Assembly (NCBI RefSeq): GCF_001945605.1
Contig: NZ_MPKA01000034.1
Location: forward strand, 1-32,000
Reading direction: 5' to 3'
From: Dubosiella newyorkensis
Lineage (GTDB): Bacteria > Bacillota_I > Bacilli_A > Erysipelotrichales > Erysipelotrichaceae
DNA length: 32,000 bases
The notes below the pieces were generated by a model. The model was not told the origin of the DNA and ran no database searches. It saw only the letters and a list, made by a program, of their open reading frames with translations. Every line of letters starts with the position of its first letter. Positions within the stretch are counted from its first letter, which is position 1. The position numbers and the translations under genes are program-made. Below are positions 1 to 7,923 of the stretch, one piece after another.

Positions 1-53
1 CCGCTAAATATATGCTTCCGATCAACAATTTCGTTCTGAAGAAGAAGCAAATT

Positions 54-92
54 AAAACGATCTTGGAGAAAAATCTCTAAGATCGTTTTTTG
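54..92. terminator. Bidirectional rho-independent terminator
   Basis: Long hairpin: 54-69 AAAACGATCTTGGAGA pairs with 74-89 TCTCTAAGATCGTTTT (one G-U), with an AAAA loop. A T-run at 86-91 follows on the + strand and the A-run at 54-57 gives a T-run on the - strand. It sits just downstream of the - strand cassette ending at 130. Confidence 0.7.
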
Positions 93-129
93 AGTACTAT
101 AATTTCCTTTTAACTTGTAAAGTCAGGTT

Positions 130-327
130 TTAGTTATCATAAAATGAATAGGTCCATAAATCACTTTCTTTGACTTTCTGTTTTAGTTTCGGATACTCGA
201 AAAGTTCTTGCAAGGAATCAAACGAGAAGGATGGATCGCTTCCGATCAAATCCAAGCGATATTCATTTTCTCTAACCACATAAATGTTCTCTAGATCCGG
301 TTGATGGATAGGAAGATCGGCTTTCAT
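130..327 (-). CDS. Small acidic hypothetical protein (65 aa), last gene of the nuclease cassette
   Basis: Open frame from the ORF track. I prefer the ATG at 327 because it overlaps the TGA of the upstream ORF as ATGA (324-327); the track start at 339 is a TTG. No family recognised. Confidence 0.5.
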   Translation of the reverse strand: MKADLPIHQPDLENIYVVRENEYRLDLIGSDPSFSFDSLQELFEYPKLKQKVKESDLWTYSFYDN

Positions 328-731
328 GGCTTCTTGCAAAGCAGAACGATCTGATCAAGAAGCATTTCTTCTTCTTTTTCGCTTAAAGTATGGTATTTCT
401 TGAATTCCTTTAAAGAGAGTTCATTAGGATACAAAAGCTCGATCCGCCATCCAATCTCCTGCTGATTTTTCAAGACTTCATATTCTTCAAATTTTAACAA
501 ATGCGAATTTTCTGTTTGGATCAGCAACCGATCGATCTTTTTTTGTAAGTTTTTTAAAGAAGACAAGCTCTCTTCCTCGATCGTATTCAAGTCTTTTCCG
601 AGTCTTAAAGCATCGAAAACATCCAATTGTTCTTTCGGAAAGGAAATGGTCTTGCGCTTTTTGATCGTCTCGTTCACCAAAACAAGACTTTCTTGCGGAT
701 CTAGATCGACCAATTTTGTATACTTCATCAT
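324..731 (-). CDS. Acidic hypothetical protein (135 aa); possible nuclease inhibitor/immunity partner (inference only)
   Basis: Its start ATG overlaps the nuclease stop as ATGA (728-731). The protein is Glu/Leu/Lys-rich and lacks a signal peptide. No family recognised. Confidence 0.55.
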   Translation of the reverse strand: MMKYTKLVDLDPQESLVLVNETIKKRKTISFPKEQLDVFDALRLGKDLNTIEEESLSSLKNLQKKIDRLLIQTENSHLLKFEEYEVLKNQQEIGWRIELLYPNELSLKEFKKYHTLSEKEEEMLLDQIVLLCKKP

Positions 732-1597
732 TTTTTATTCTCCTTTATACATTGAGCATGAACTGAATACCCTTCTTGTTCAAGATGCTCGAGCGAGTCA
801 CGGACAAACTTTTTATTCTTGGTGTTCATTGATTTTACAGAAGAACAATCTGGACTATGGATCTTTTTGGTTTTTGTATTCAAAACAAACGTTTGTTCTT
901 TAGAACGATCGGATCGTGTTGGATTGCTTCCATCTTCCCAACTATCTCCATTGGCATAATCGATCTGGATCCCAGGCTGCACATTAAAACAATAGACATG
1001 AAAGGAAATCCCTTCCCCTTGATCTTCGACAGACAAGGCTTCCATTTCAACTCCTTTTGCGACTAGATTTGAGTCATCATAAATCGGGATCACTCGATAC
1101 ATGACGTGATTGCCTGTTTCTTTAATATAATCTCGAACCATGTTTTCAAAAGGAAGCATCCCTTTTGTATTCAAATACCGAGTTCCGGTGATCAAGTTGT
1201 TTGGATTTGCATCTTCGCCCGAAAGTGACCATGCGATCAAATGGCAGCGATTGTATAAACTGCCTCCCTCGACTTGATCATATCGTACCGATTGCCATCC
1301 GCTTGGCTTTACTTGATGAATATCGCCTCTCTCTTTTGTAGGAAGGAGATCTTTTCCTAAGCTTGCGAAAGCGCCCGTCGACCTTCCTAAGGAATCGAGC
1401 GGATAATAGGTTTCAAAGGATGTCGTAGTAATCTCATCTTCGTTGAAGGACGGGATATTGTCATCGATCGCAATATATGGGACATTGGAATAATCAGGAA
1501 GCGTATCAAGGGATACACTTGGCTTGATCTGGGCCTGACAAGCCGTGAATCCAAAGACGAGCCAAAAAGAAAGAAAGAGCTGTAGCCATTTTTTCAT
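728..1597 (-). CDS. Lipoprotein DNA/RNA non-specific endonuclease (EndA / DNA-entry-nuclease-like)
   Basis: N-terminal signal with lipobox-like FGFTAC. The core motif NRCHLIAWSLSGEDANPNNLITGTRYLN...FENMV resembles the (D/N)RGH-type catalytic motif of Endonuclease_NS_2/EndA nucleases. The C-terminal HSPDC...HAQC motif looks like a small metal-binding module. ATGA overlap occurs on both sides. Confidence 0.8.
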   Translation of the reverse strand: MKKWLQLFLSFWLVFGFTACQAQIKPSVSLDTLPDYSNVPYIAIDDNIPSFNEDEITTTSFETYYPLDSLGRSTGAFASLGKDLLPTKERGDIHQVKPSGWQSVRYDQVEGGSLYNRCHLIAWSLSGEDANPNNLITGTRYLNTKGMLPFENMVRDYIKETGNHVMYRVIPIYDDSNLVAKGVEMEALSVEDQGEGISFHVYCFNVQPGIQIDYANGDSWEDGSNPTRSDRSKEQTFVLNTKTKKIHSPDCSSVKSMNTKNKKFVRDSLEHLEQEGYSVHAQCIKENKK

Positions 1598-1971
1598 CGA
1601 ACGTACTCCTCTTTATCGATTCGCGGATGCGAATACCCTTCCAATGTCGTAACGTTTTTTAGAACCATCTTTTTAAGATCGAAAGTCAGCTTGATATCAC
1701 TTGGATAAAGCTCGTCAAAACGATAGAGTATCAACTCGTCGATCACCCAATCTTTCGGAATATCTTCTTCTAGAAACACAATAGGTTTATCGTCAAGATC
1801 CTCGCTTATTTTCGCTCCTTCATCATTTTCAAACATCTTTTTTGAATAAGAGCTCATCCAGATCTCTTCATTTTCTGCTTCGATTTGTTCGATCACGCGT
1901 CGATCTCGAGAAACACGACGATGATTGAACAAGATCCCGTTGTCTTGATCTACACAAATGATTACTTTCAT
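1594..1971 (-). CDS. Small DHFR-fold-like hypothetical protein (125 aa)
   Basis: The N-terminus MKVIICVDQDNGILFNHRRVSRD and the overall pattern resemble truncated dihydrofolate-reductase-like proteins. SD GGAGGA lies at 1974-1979. The stop overlaps the nuclease start (ATGA). Confidence 0.45.
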   Translation of the reverse strand: MKVIICVDQDNGILFNHRRVSRDRRVIEQIEAENEEIWMSSYSKKMFENDEGAKISEDLDDKPIVFLEEDIPKDWVIDELILYRFDELYPSDIKLTFDLKKMVLKNVTTLEGYSHPRIDKEEYVR

Positions 1972-1979
1972 ATTCCTCC

Positions 1980-2002
1980 AAAAAAAGCCAGTTTACCTGG
2001 CT
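1980..2002 (-). terminator. Rho-independent terminator after nagA
   Basis: The minus strand reads AGCCAG-GTAAA-CTGGCT followed by T7 (A-run 1980-1986 on +). It starts one nt after the nagA stop codon and its U-tract abuts the SD of the next gene. Confidence 0.7.
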
Positions 2003-3142
2003 TTAAAATGCTTTCTTTCCTTTTACATACGTCATTTTGACATCATAATTGTCTTCCAAAACAACAAGATCCGCGTCCTTGCCGGCTTGGATGCTTCCTT
2101 TATGGTCTTCGATGCCTAACATTCTTGCAGGATTGAGCGTACAGCTATTGATCGCTGAACGCCAAGGAACTCCCGCTTCTTCTACGACGATCTTCAATCC
2201 TTTGTTGACGTTGAGCGTCGAGCCTGCCAAGTTTCCAGCTCCCACTAAGTGAGCCGAACCATCTGGGAACAGTTCGATCTCGTTGCCTCCAAACAAAACG
2301 CGCGTTCCTACTGGAAGCGATTTGACCATCAAAGAATCTGTGATCAGCAATACGTGATCTTCGCCTTTTTCTTTATAGAAATTATTGATCGCCGCCAAAT
2401 GGGAATGGTTTCCATCCGTGATCAATTCTCCATAGACTTCTCTGAAACGATAAGCAGCGCCGACTAGACCAGGTTCACGATGCTGAAACTTACTCATGCC
2501 ATTATAAACGTGCGTCATGCTCATGGCTCCATTTGCGATCGCTTCGGCCGCTTGTTCATAGGTTGCGCCCGAATGTCCTTGCGATACAACGATTCCTTGC
2601 GAAACAAGGTAATGGAGCAGCTTATAGTCTTCATCGTGTTCGCAAGCCATCGTCACGATCTTGATCAAGTTGTCGCTCGCCTTTTGATACCGTTTGAATT
2701 GTTCTACATTTGGTTTTACGCAATATTGTTCTGGCTGTGCGCCTTTGAACACTTGATCCAAATAAGGACCTTCAAAGTGGATGCCTAAGATTTCTGCGCC
2801 ATCATACCCTTCTTTCACGACATTGGCGACATTCTTGACCGCGGCGGTCAAGACTTCTTCGCTTTGCGTGATCGTTGTTGGAAGCAAAGCGGTGACACCT
2901 TCCTTAACGATATTCTTGACCCAGTTTCTTAGTCCTTCAGGTGTGGCATCATTCGTATCCCATCCATAAGCGCCATGAGTATGACCGTCAATGAATCCAG
3001 GGACGATCCGCAGATCGCCATAATCTTCATCCACTGGTTTTTTTCCATAAGGATGGATCGACTTGATCTTGCCATCTTCTATTTCGATTTGAGCGGCCAT
3101 CCAGATATCCAACACCCAAACTCTTTTACTTTGTATGATCAT
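2003..3142 (-). CDS. nagA: N-acetylglucosamine-6-phosphate deacetylase
   Basis: NagA/amidohydrolase motifs are present: VPGFIDGHTHG, HFEGPYL, GHSGATYEQA, THVYNGM and DADLVVL. The start is moved to the second ATG (3142, MIIQSK...) because GGAGG lies 6 nt upstream of it (ggaggtaaagaaATG). Confidence 0.9.
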   Translation of the reverse strand: MIIQSKRVWVLDIWMAAQIEIEDGKIKSIHPYGKKPVDEDYGDLRIVPGFIDGHTHGAYGWDTNDATPEGLRNWVKNIVKEGVTALLPTTITQSEEVLTAAVKNVANVVKEGYDGAEILGIHFEGPYLDQVFKGAQPEQYCVKPNVEQFKRYQKASDNLIKIVTMACEHDEDYKLLHYLVSQGIVVSQGHSGATYEQAAEAIANGAMSMTHVYNGMSKFQHREPGLVGAAYRFREVYGELITDGNHSHLAAINNFYKEKGEDHVLLITDSLMVKSLPVGTRVLFGGNEIELFPDGSAHLVGAGNLAGSTLNVNKGLKIVVEEAGVPWRSAINSCTLNPARMLGIEDHKGSIQAGKDADLVVLEDNYDVKMTYVKGKKAF

Positions 3143-3196
3143 TTCTTTACCTCCAAAGATCATCTTTTTCTCTTTCCTTCAGTATAACATATTCAA

Positions 3197-4036
3197 TTAT
3201 ATTCGCTTTTCAAAATTACCTAGAATAGGACTAGCATCTGACAGGATCACAAATGCATGAGGATCGACTTTATGAATGATCTTTTTCAAATGTCTAACTT
3301 CATACTTATTTAGCATGCAAACGAGGATGTCTTGCCGAGAATTTGTATAGGCGCCATATCCTTCCCAATATGTAATTCCTCGTCCTGTCTGTTTCATGAT
3401 CTCCTCCTTCAATGTGGGTTCGTGCGAGAAGATCAAAGCTTGAATGCTGATGTTCTGATAATGGACACGGTCCGCGACCGCATAAGCGATAATGATAAAG
3501 ATGATCGAATACAAGGCAACTTGAACATCAAATAAATACGCGCTGATCCCAAGAACGACGGCGTTGAAGGCATACGATAGTTTTCCAACTGAAAAATCCG
3601 GTTTCGTCTTTGAAAAATAGACACCGAGAATATCTAGACCCCCTGCGCTTCCGCTCGACTGCAAGCAAAGTCCGATTCCTGCTCCATAAATCACACCGCC
3701 AATGATCGCATTGGCGATCACATCATACATCACAGGTTTGCTCAAAACAGGAATGAGCGAGAATCCCATCGTTTGAATGACCAAAGATAAAAGCGTCTTC
3801 ACGCAGAAACCTTTAGAAATCGTTCGAAAAGCGAGGATGAATAGAGGAATATTAAAACAAAAGTTAATGATTCCTGTCACATCCGTTTTGATCGGGAGCA
3901 AATAGCTAATGATTTGGGCAAGACCTACTAGACCACCCGCATTAAGTTTGACTGGCATGATAAATAAATTGACAGCCAATGGACATAAAATACTTCCAAT
4001 GATCAGCTTCACATACTTGATACTATTTGAATCCAT
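3197..4036 (-). CDS. YitT-family membrane protein with C-terminal DUF2179-like domain
   Basis: Multi-pass membrane N-terminus with GGLVGLAQI and SGSAGGLDILG motifs. The soluble C-terminal domain (GITYWEGYGAYT...ILVCMLNKYEV..LKKIIHKVDPHAFVI) is typical of YitT/DUF2179 proteins. Confidence 0.8.
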   Translation of the reverse strand: MDSNSIKYVKLIIGSILCPLAVNLFIMPVKLNAGGLVGLAQIISYLLPIKTDVTGIINFCFNIPLFILAFRTISKGFCVKTLLSLVIQTMGFSLIPVLSKPVMYDVIANAIIGGVIYGAGIGLCLQSSGSAGGLDILGVYFSKTKPDFSVGKLSYAFNAVVLGISAYLFDVQVALYSIIFIIIAYAVADRVHYQNISIQALIFSHEPTLKEEIMKQTGRGITYWEGYGAYTNSRQDILVCMLNKYEVRHLKKIIHKVDPHAFVILSDASPILGNFEKRI

Positions 4037-4044
4037 AATGCCTC

Positions 4045-5376
4045 CTATATCGAAAGGTGCGATTTAGGCAAAAAGCGCAGTCCTTTTGGCAATTTATTCG
4101 TTATGCGATTGCCATCGCTTTTTCCAAAGCCAAAGGGCGTTTGCTTGAAACAAAGAGCGACATACCCTTTGGCAGCGTTCTTCATCAAGACTTCGCCATG
4201 CATAAATCGATCCATTTCTTCTTCATCGATTTCCACTTTCGAAATTAAACCTTCTTTTTGGTCGGCTGCTAAAAAAAACGCGTGCTCTGGTTCGATCCTT
4301 CCTTTTTTTTGTTCTCCCATCAAAACACCTTGACGAAGTGTTTTGATCTTTCCAAAATCGATAAACGGATGATCCATCCCAAAAATCTTTTCGTCTTTTT
4401 TTAAAATATAAGGATACGTTTTTCGAGTCAGCTCGTGAAAAAACGCCGCCTCCTTCTTATTCAGCTTTTGATTCTTTAAAAAAAGCGGTTCTCCAAAGTC
4501 AGATCCTTTTTTTCGAAACTTCGCGACAAACTGTCCTTCTCCTCCTTCAATGGGGGTGATCCGCACAACTTTACTCGGATCCATTCCTAAAACAGAAACG
4601 CCTTTTCTTCCAAATCCAGCGTGGATCTCGACTTGCTCCATTTCAGGAAAATGTTCCAAGATCCAAGCTACGATCGCTTCATTTTCTTCGATTGCGTATG
4701 CACATGTTGAATAAACGAGTTCTCCACCACTTTTAAGCGCCTTGATTGCCCAAGGAAGGATCTCCTTTTGTCGAGAGGCGCAATGGTCGATATTTTCTAG
4801 CGACCAATCCTCTTTCACTTCTTCATGTTTTTTGATCATTCCTTCTCCAGAACAAGGAGCATCAACAAGCACTTTGTCAAAACAGGCGGGAAACCAAGAA
4901 CCGATTGTTTTCGGATCGCTGTTTGTTACCGCGAAATTCACCGCTCCCATTCTTTCCATATTCGAAAGCAAGACTTGTGCCCTCTTAGGATGGATTTCAT
5001 TGCTCACCAAAAATCCAGTTTCTAAAAAGTCCAAGATTTGTGTCGATTTGCTGCCTGGCGCCGCGCAAAGATCCAAAACAAGATCATTAGGCTGGATTCC
5101 TAAAAGCGGAACGACAGACGACGCGCTTGGCTCCTGCAAGTAGAGGGAGCCTGTACAATGAAAAGGGTTCAGCCCTGTGATCGAATCGTTATAGTATTCG
5201 TATCGATAAAAAGGGGTTGGCTGAGTCAAGCGAAGCATTTCGACAAGCGCTTCTGGCTCGCATTTTTTAGGATTCAACCGGACGCCTTTATAAAAAGGTC
5301 GTTCAAGAGAATCTAAGAATTGAGGATAGTCGTCGGCTAATATAGATTTCATTCTTTCAAGAAATTGATCGTTCAT
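4045..5376 (-). CDS. rRNA cytosine-C5 methyltransferase, RsmB/RsmF (NOL1/NOP2/Sun) family
   Basis: SAM-binding DLCAAPGSKSTQI and catalytic DAPCSGEGM and YSTCA motifs are present. The length and C-terminal extension fit RsmF-like proteins. Confidence 0.85.
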   Translation of the reverse strand: MNDQFLERMKSILADDYPQFLDSLERPFYKGVRLNPKKCEPEALVEMLRLTQPTPFYRYEYYNDSITGLNPFHCTGSLYLQEPSASSVVPLLGIQPNDLVLDLCAAPGSKSTQILDFLETGFLVSNEIHPKRAQVLLSNMERMGAVNFAVTNSDPKTIGSWFPACFDKVLVDAPCSGEGMIKKHEEVKEDWSLENIDHCASRQKEILPWAIKALKSGGELVYSTCAYAIEENEAIVAWILEHFPEMEQVEIHAGFGRKGVSVLGMDPSKVVRITPIEGGEGQFVAKFRKKGSDFGEPLFLKNQKLNKKEAAFFHELTRKTYPYILKKDEKIFGMDHPFIDFGKIKTLRQGVLMGEQKKGRIEPEHAFFLAADQKEGLISKVEIDEEEMDRFMHGEVLMKNAAKGYVALCFKQTPFGFGKSDGNRITNKLPKGLRFLPKSHLSI

Positions 5377-5388
5377 TCTTTTATCCTT

Positions 5389-6483
5389 TCAAAATATCGT
5401 TTCTGGCTGGATCCGACACGCGTATTCTGAACACGTATTGGCTTCGTCCCAACCATTCATCAAAGAAAAATCTGCTGTATCTTTAAAATAGGATATCACT
5501 TCTTCTATATCTTTGCTGAGAGAAAACACTTCAATATGTGTATGTGGTCCTGTGGAGTTGCCACTATTTCCAGAAAGCGCCAAAAGATCGCCTTGGTTTA
5601 CGCTTTGTCCTGCCCGGACATAGATCGTATTGGATAAATGCGCAAAACTCATCAAATAGCCTTTTCCATCCACAATTCCGATCATACAGATCGTATTTCC
5701 TCCTCCTGCTGGCCAACCGCAATAATTTCCTAGATATCCATTGTCAGAAGGCACAGGTGCGTTTGCGTATAGTATAAGGCCTGCAAAAGGCGCTTGGAGA
5801 GGAGAATACAGATCGACCGCAAAATCCATCCCTAAATGGAGTCCTCCTTGCGGATAGCTCCAAGTTCCTGCTGATACAATCGCATTTTCATATGGAGCCA
5901 AAAAAGAAGAAGAGGATGGGATCGTATTGAAGGAATCGAAGCCAACACAAGCGAGATCCACTTCGTCTTCATACATTCCGCCAATAGAAGGAAGATCTTG
6001 CATTCCGCTCAAGAGCGCTTCTTTGGAATAAGATCCATCGCTTCGAAAACCAGAAAGGGCCGGATTGGTTTCGAAGAGCTCTTTTTGTTTTTGTTGAAAT
6101 ACTTCTTTTTGACGACAGGCCTCTTCGTATTCGTTTTGGATCTTGGCGGATACTTTTTCAATTTTTTGATTGTGCTTGTCGTTTTTGTTTCGAATATAAA
6201 ACGCGGATTTGATCGTTTTTTCGTTCGTATACTGGGTTGACTTTCCTTGTTGTTGGCAAATAAGGTCGATTTTTCCTAATTCGATCGTTTGATTGGCTTC
6301 TTGAATGCTTCTGAGATTGGCTTCTTTTTTTTGTGCAAGATACTTCATCGCAGACCATGAAGACTTTTCCTTCTGGGTGTATTGCTGGACCTGTTGCGCA
6401 TAGAATCGAGATTGTTCAGCGACCGTTTGCGGGTTCGGAAAAAGCGCAAAAAAAAGACAGGCGCATTGAAAAAAAGGTTTCAT
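5389..6483 (-). CDS. Secreted M23-family metallopeptidase with N-terminal coiled-coil region
   Basis: Hydrophobic N-terminal signal, Q/K/E-rich coiled-coil segment, and a C-terminal LytM/M23 domain with GLHLGMDFA and SGNSGNSTGPHTHIEV motifs. Confidence 0.85.
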   Translation of the reverse strand: MKPFFQCACLFFALFPNPQTVAEQSRFYAQQVQQYTQKEKSSWSAMKYLAQKKEANLRSIQEANQTIELGKIDLICQQQGKSTQYTNEKTIKSAFYIRNKNDKHNQKIEKVSAKIQNEYEEACRQKEVFQQKQKELFETNPALSGFRSDGSYSKEALLSGMQDLPSIGGMYEDEVDLACVGFDSFNTIPSSSSFLAPYENAIVSAGTWSYPQGGLHLGMDFAVDLYSPLQAPFAGLILYANAPVPSDNGYLGNYCGWPAGGGNTICMIGIVDGKGYLMSFAHLSNTIYVRAGQSVNQGDLLALSGNSGNSTGPHTHIEVFSLSKDIEEVISYFKDTADFSLMNGWDEANTCSEYACRIQPETIF

Positions 6484-6510
6484 ATTTCTCCAATCTACTG
6501 TCTGTCTTGT

Positions 6511-7713
6511 TCAATGATTATAATCGATTTTTTTCGTTTTGAATAGAGGAAATTGAGCGGAGGCATTTAGGATCATCAAAAACAAACACCCTGTGGGCAA
6601 GAAATTCAAGGTCACATCCAATAAGCCGTGAATTAGCGCGATACAATAAAAACTTACGATTAGCGCGAATAAAGGATAATTCTTTTCGCGTTTATACATG
6701 TTGATCTGCTCATGGAGCAGCAATCCTACATATCCGATCAAAAGAAGGGTACCTAGGATCCCATAGGATAAGATACAATCGATCAAGATATTGTGAGCGT
6801 GCGGGGCTTTATGGGCGTGAAGCCGTCGATACACTAACGAATACGTTTGAGGACCTTGCCCGAACCAAGGATGTTCTTGGATGCCGATCCAGGATGCTTT
6901 CCAAATTTTGAGGCGCGATGAAAAAGTCGACATTTGATCAAAGCGCGGTATAAGCTGCGGCTTCCAGCTGATCAAAGCGGCCACGATCCCTTCTAAGAGC
7001 AAGGAGACGTAGAACCAGACTTTTTCTTTCGAAAGCAAGAAAAAGAGAGGGATGATGATCACGAAAGGCAATATAGCCGTCCTACAGCCAGTTAAATACA
7101 GCATAAACAAATTGAGGAAGCCAGTTCCAATATAAAAGGCTCGATGGATCGCTTTTTTATGAACGATAAAGCTATAGATACAAAAACAAAGGACAAATTC
7201 GATCATCGTCGCATAAAAATTCGCGTTATAAAAAGTAGCGGCGATTCGATCCTTCGGTTTATTCATGACCACAAAATCAAAAAAAGGATTCCCTAGACGT
7301 TTTGATATCCCATAAAATTCAACGAGTCCATAGATCGCGCATAGCCAAGATAGAAGCAAGACTTCGAGGATGATCATTTGAAAAAGTCTCATCGACAAAG
7401 CGCTTCGATAATAGGCGATAAATAAACCGATCAACAAAAAGCCAAAAACATTCAGCAAGCCGATCCAATTTTGATTGACGATCGATACGATGCATTCGAG
7501 GCCCACAAAGCTATAAAGCCATAATGCGCCTGGCTGATCCTTGATCCAAGCAAAGGAGCCCGTTTTGATCCATTCGTAAGCCAGGATCACTACGAGAAAA
7601 GCGCCACCGATCTGAAAGGGTAAAAACAAACAAAAAGTCGCGAACAAGATCGATCGTTCTTGTTTGTTCAATTCATTCCAAGTTTTCTGAAAAGTGTGTA
7701 AAATGTTTCCCAT
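6511..7713 (-). CDS. O-antigen ligase / Wzy_C-like polytopic membrane protein
   Basis: About 10 predicted TM segments with a Wzy_C-like loop (RTAILPF...,GQGPQTYSLVY, HAHNILID). The start is set to the ATG at 7713, because the longer track ORF begins at a GTG inside the tRNA-Thr terminator hairpin. Confidence 0.7.
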   Translation of the reverse strand: MGNILHTFQKTWNELNKQERSILFATFCLFLPFQIGGAFLVVILAYEWIKTGSFAWIKDQPGALWLYSFVGLECIVSIVNQNWIGLLNVFGFLLIGLFIAYYRSALSMRLFQMIILEVLLLSWLCAIYGLVEFYGISKRLGNPFFDFVVMNKPKDRIAATFYNANFYATMIEFVLCFCIYSFIVHKKAIHRAFYIGTGFLNLFMLYLTGCRTAILPFVIIIPLFFLLSKEKVWFYVSLLLEGIVAALISWKPQLIPRFDQMSTFSSRLKIWKASWIGIQEHPWFGQGPQTYSLVYRRLHAHKAPHAHNILIDCILSYGILGTLLLIGYVGLLLHEQINMYKREKNYPLFALIVSFYCIALIHGLLDVTLNFLPTGCLFLMILNASAQFPLFKTKKIDYNH

Positions 7714-7754
7714 GTCTTTTATTATTATCAATTTATAGTAAGAATGCAACTTAC

Positions 7755-7780
7755 GAAAAAAAGCCTTCCTCACGGAAGAC
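7755..7780 (-). terminator. Rho-independent terminator downstream of tRNA-Thr
   Basis: The minus strand reads CTTCC-GTGA-GGAAG followed by GC and T7 (A-run 7756-7762 on +). The stem is short, so confidence is moderate. Confidence 0.5.
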
Positions 7781-7793
7781 TTTAACGACTTGA

Positions 7794-7869
7794 TGGTGCC
7801 GACGATAGGACTTGAACCTACGACCTACGCGTTACGAGTGCGTTGCACTACCAACTGTGCTACGTCGGC
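7794..7869 (-). tRNA. tRNA-Thr (anticodon CGU)
   Basis: The reverse complement folds by hand into a 76-nt cloverleaf. Acceptor is GCCGACG/CGTCGGC, D-arm GCAC-AGTTGGTA-GTGC, anticodon loop CTCGTAA (CGT), T-arm GTAGG-TTCAAGT-CCTAT, and CCA is encoded. Confidence 0.92.
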
Positions 7870-7880
7870 ATCTGTTAGAT

Positions 7881-7909
7881 ATTCTAGCAGATGCCGAGTA
7901 TATTTTCAA
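7881..7909 (-). promoter_or_regulatory. Sigma-A type promoter for tRNA-Thr
   Basis: The minus strand has TTGAAA (7904-7909), a 17-nt spacer and TAGAAT (7881-7886). The -10 ends 11 nt upstream of the mature tRNA 5' end. Confidence 0.7.
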
Positions 7910-7923
7910 TGCTTAAAACAAAT

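Noticed and set aside
1-80. Possible 3' end of a + strand gene entering the window (frame 3 is open to a TAA at 78-80; frame 1 stops at 37-39)
   Set aside because: The fragment is too short to choose a frame or recognise a product. The frame-3 stop would lie inside the terminator hairpin. It is therefore not reported as a feature.
324-339. The 135-aa and 69-aa ORFs might be one frameshifted gene
   Set aside because: An ATG at 327 overlaps the upstream TGA as ATGA, the same coupling seen at the two other junctions of this cassette. Two separate coupled genes is therefore the simpler reading.
3143-3163. Longer N-terminal extension of nagA (track start 3163)
   Set aside because: GGAGG sits inside this extension at the correct distance from the second ATG (3142). 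The extension is probably untranslated.
7714-7773. Longer version of the O-antigen-ligase-like ORF starting at 7773
   Set aside because: That start is a GTG located inside the tRNA-Thr terminator hairpin. The ATG at 7713 gives a sensible N-terminus just before the first TM segment.
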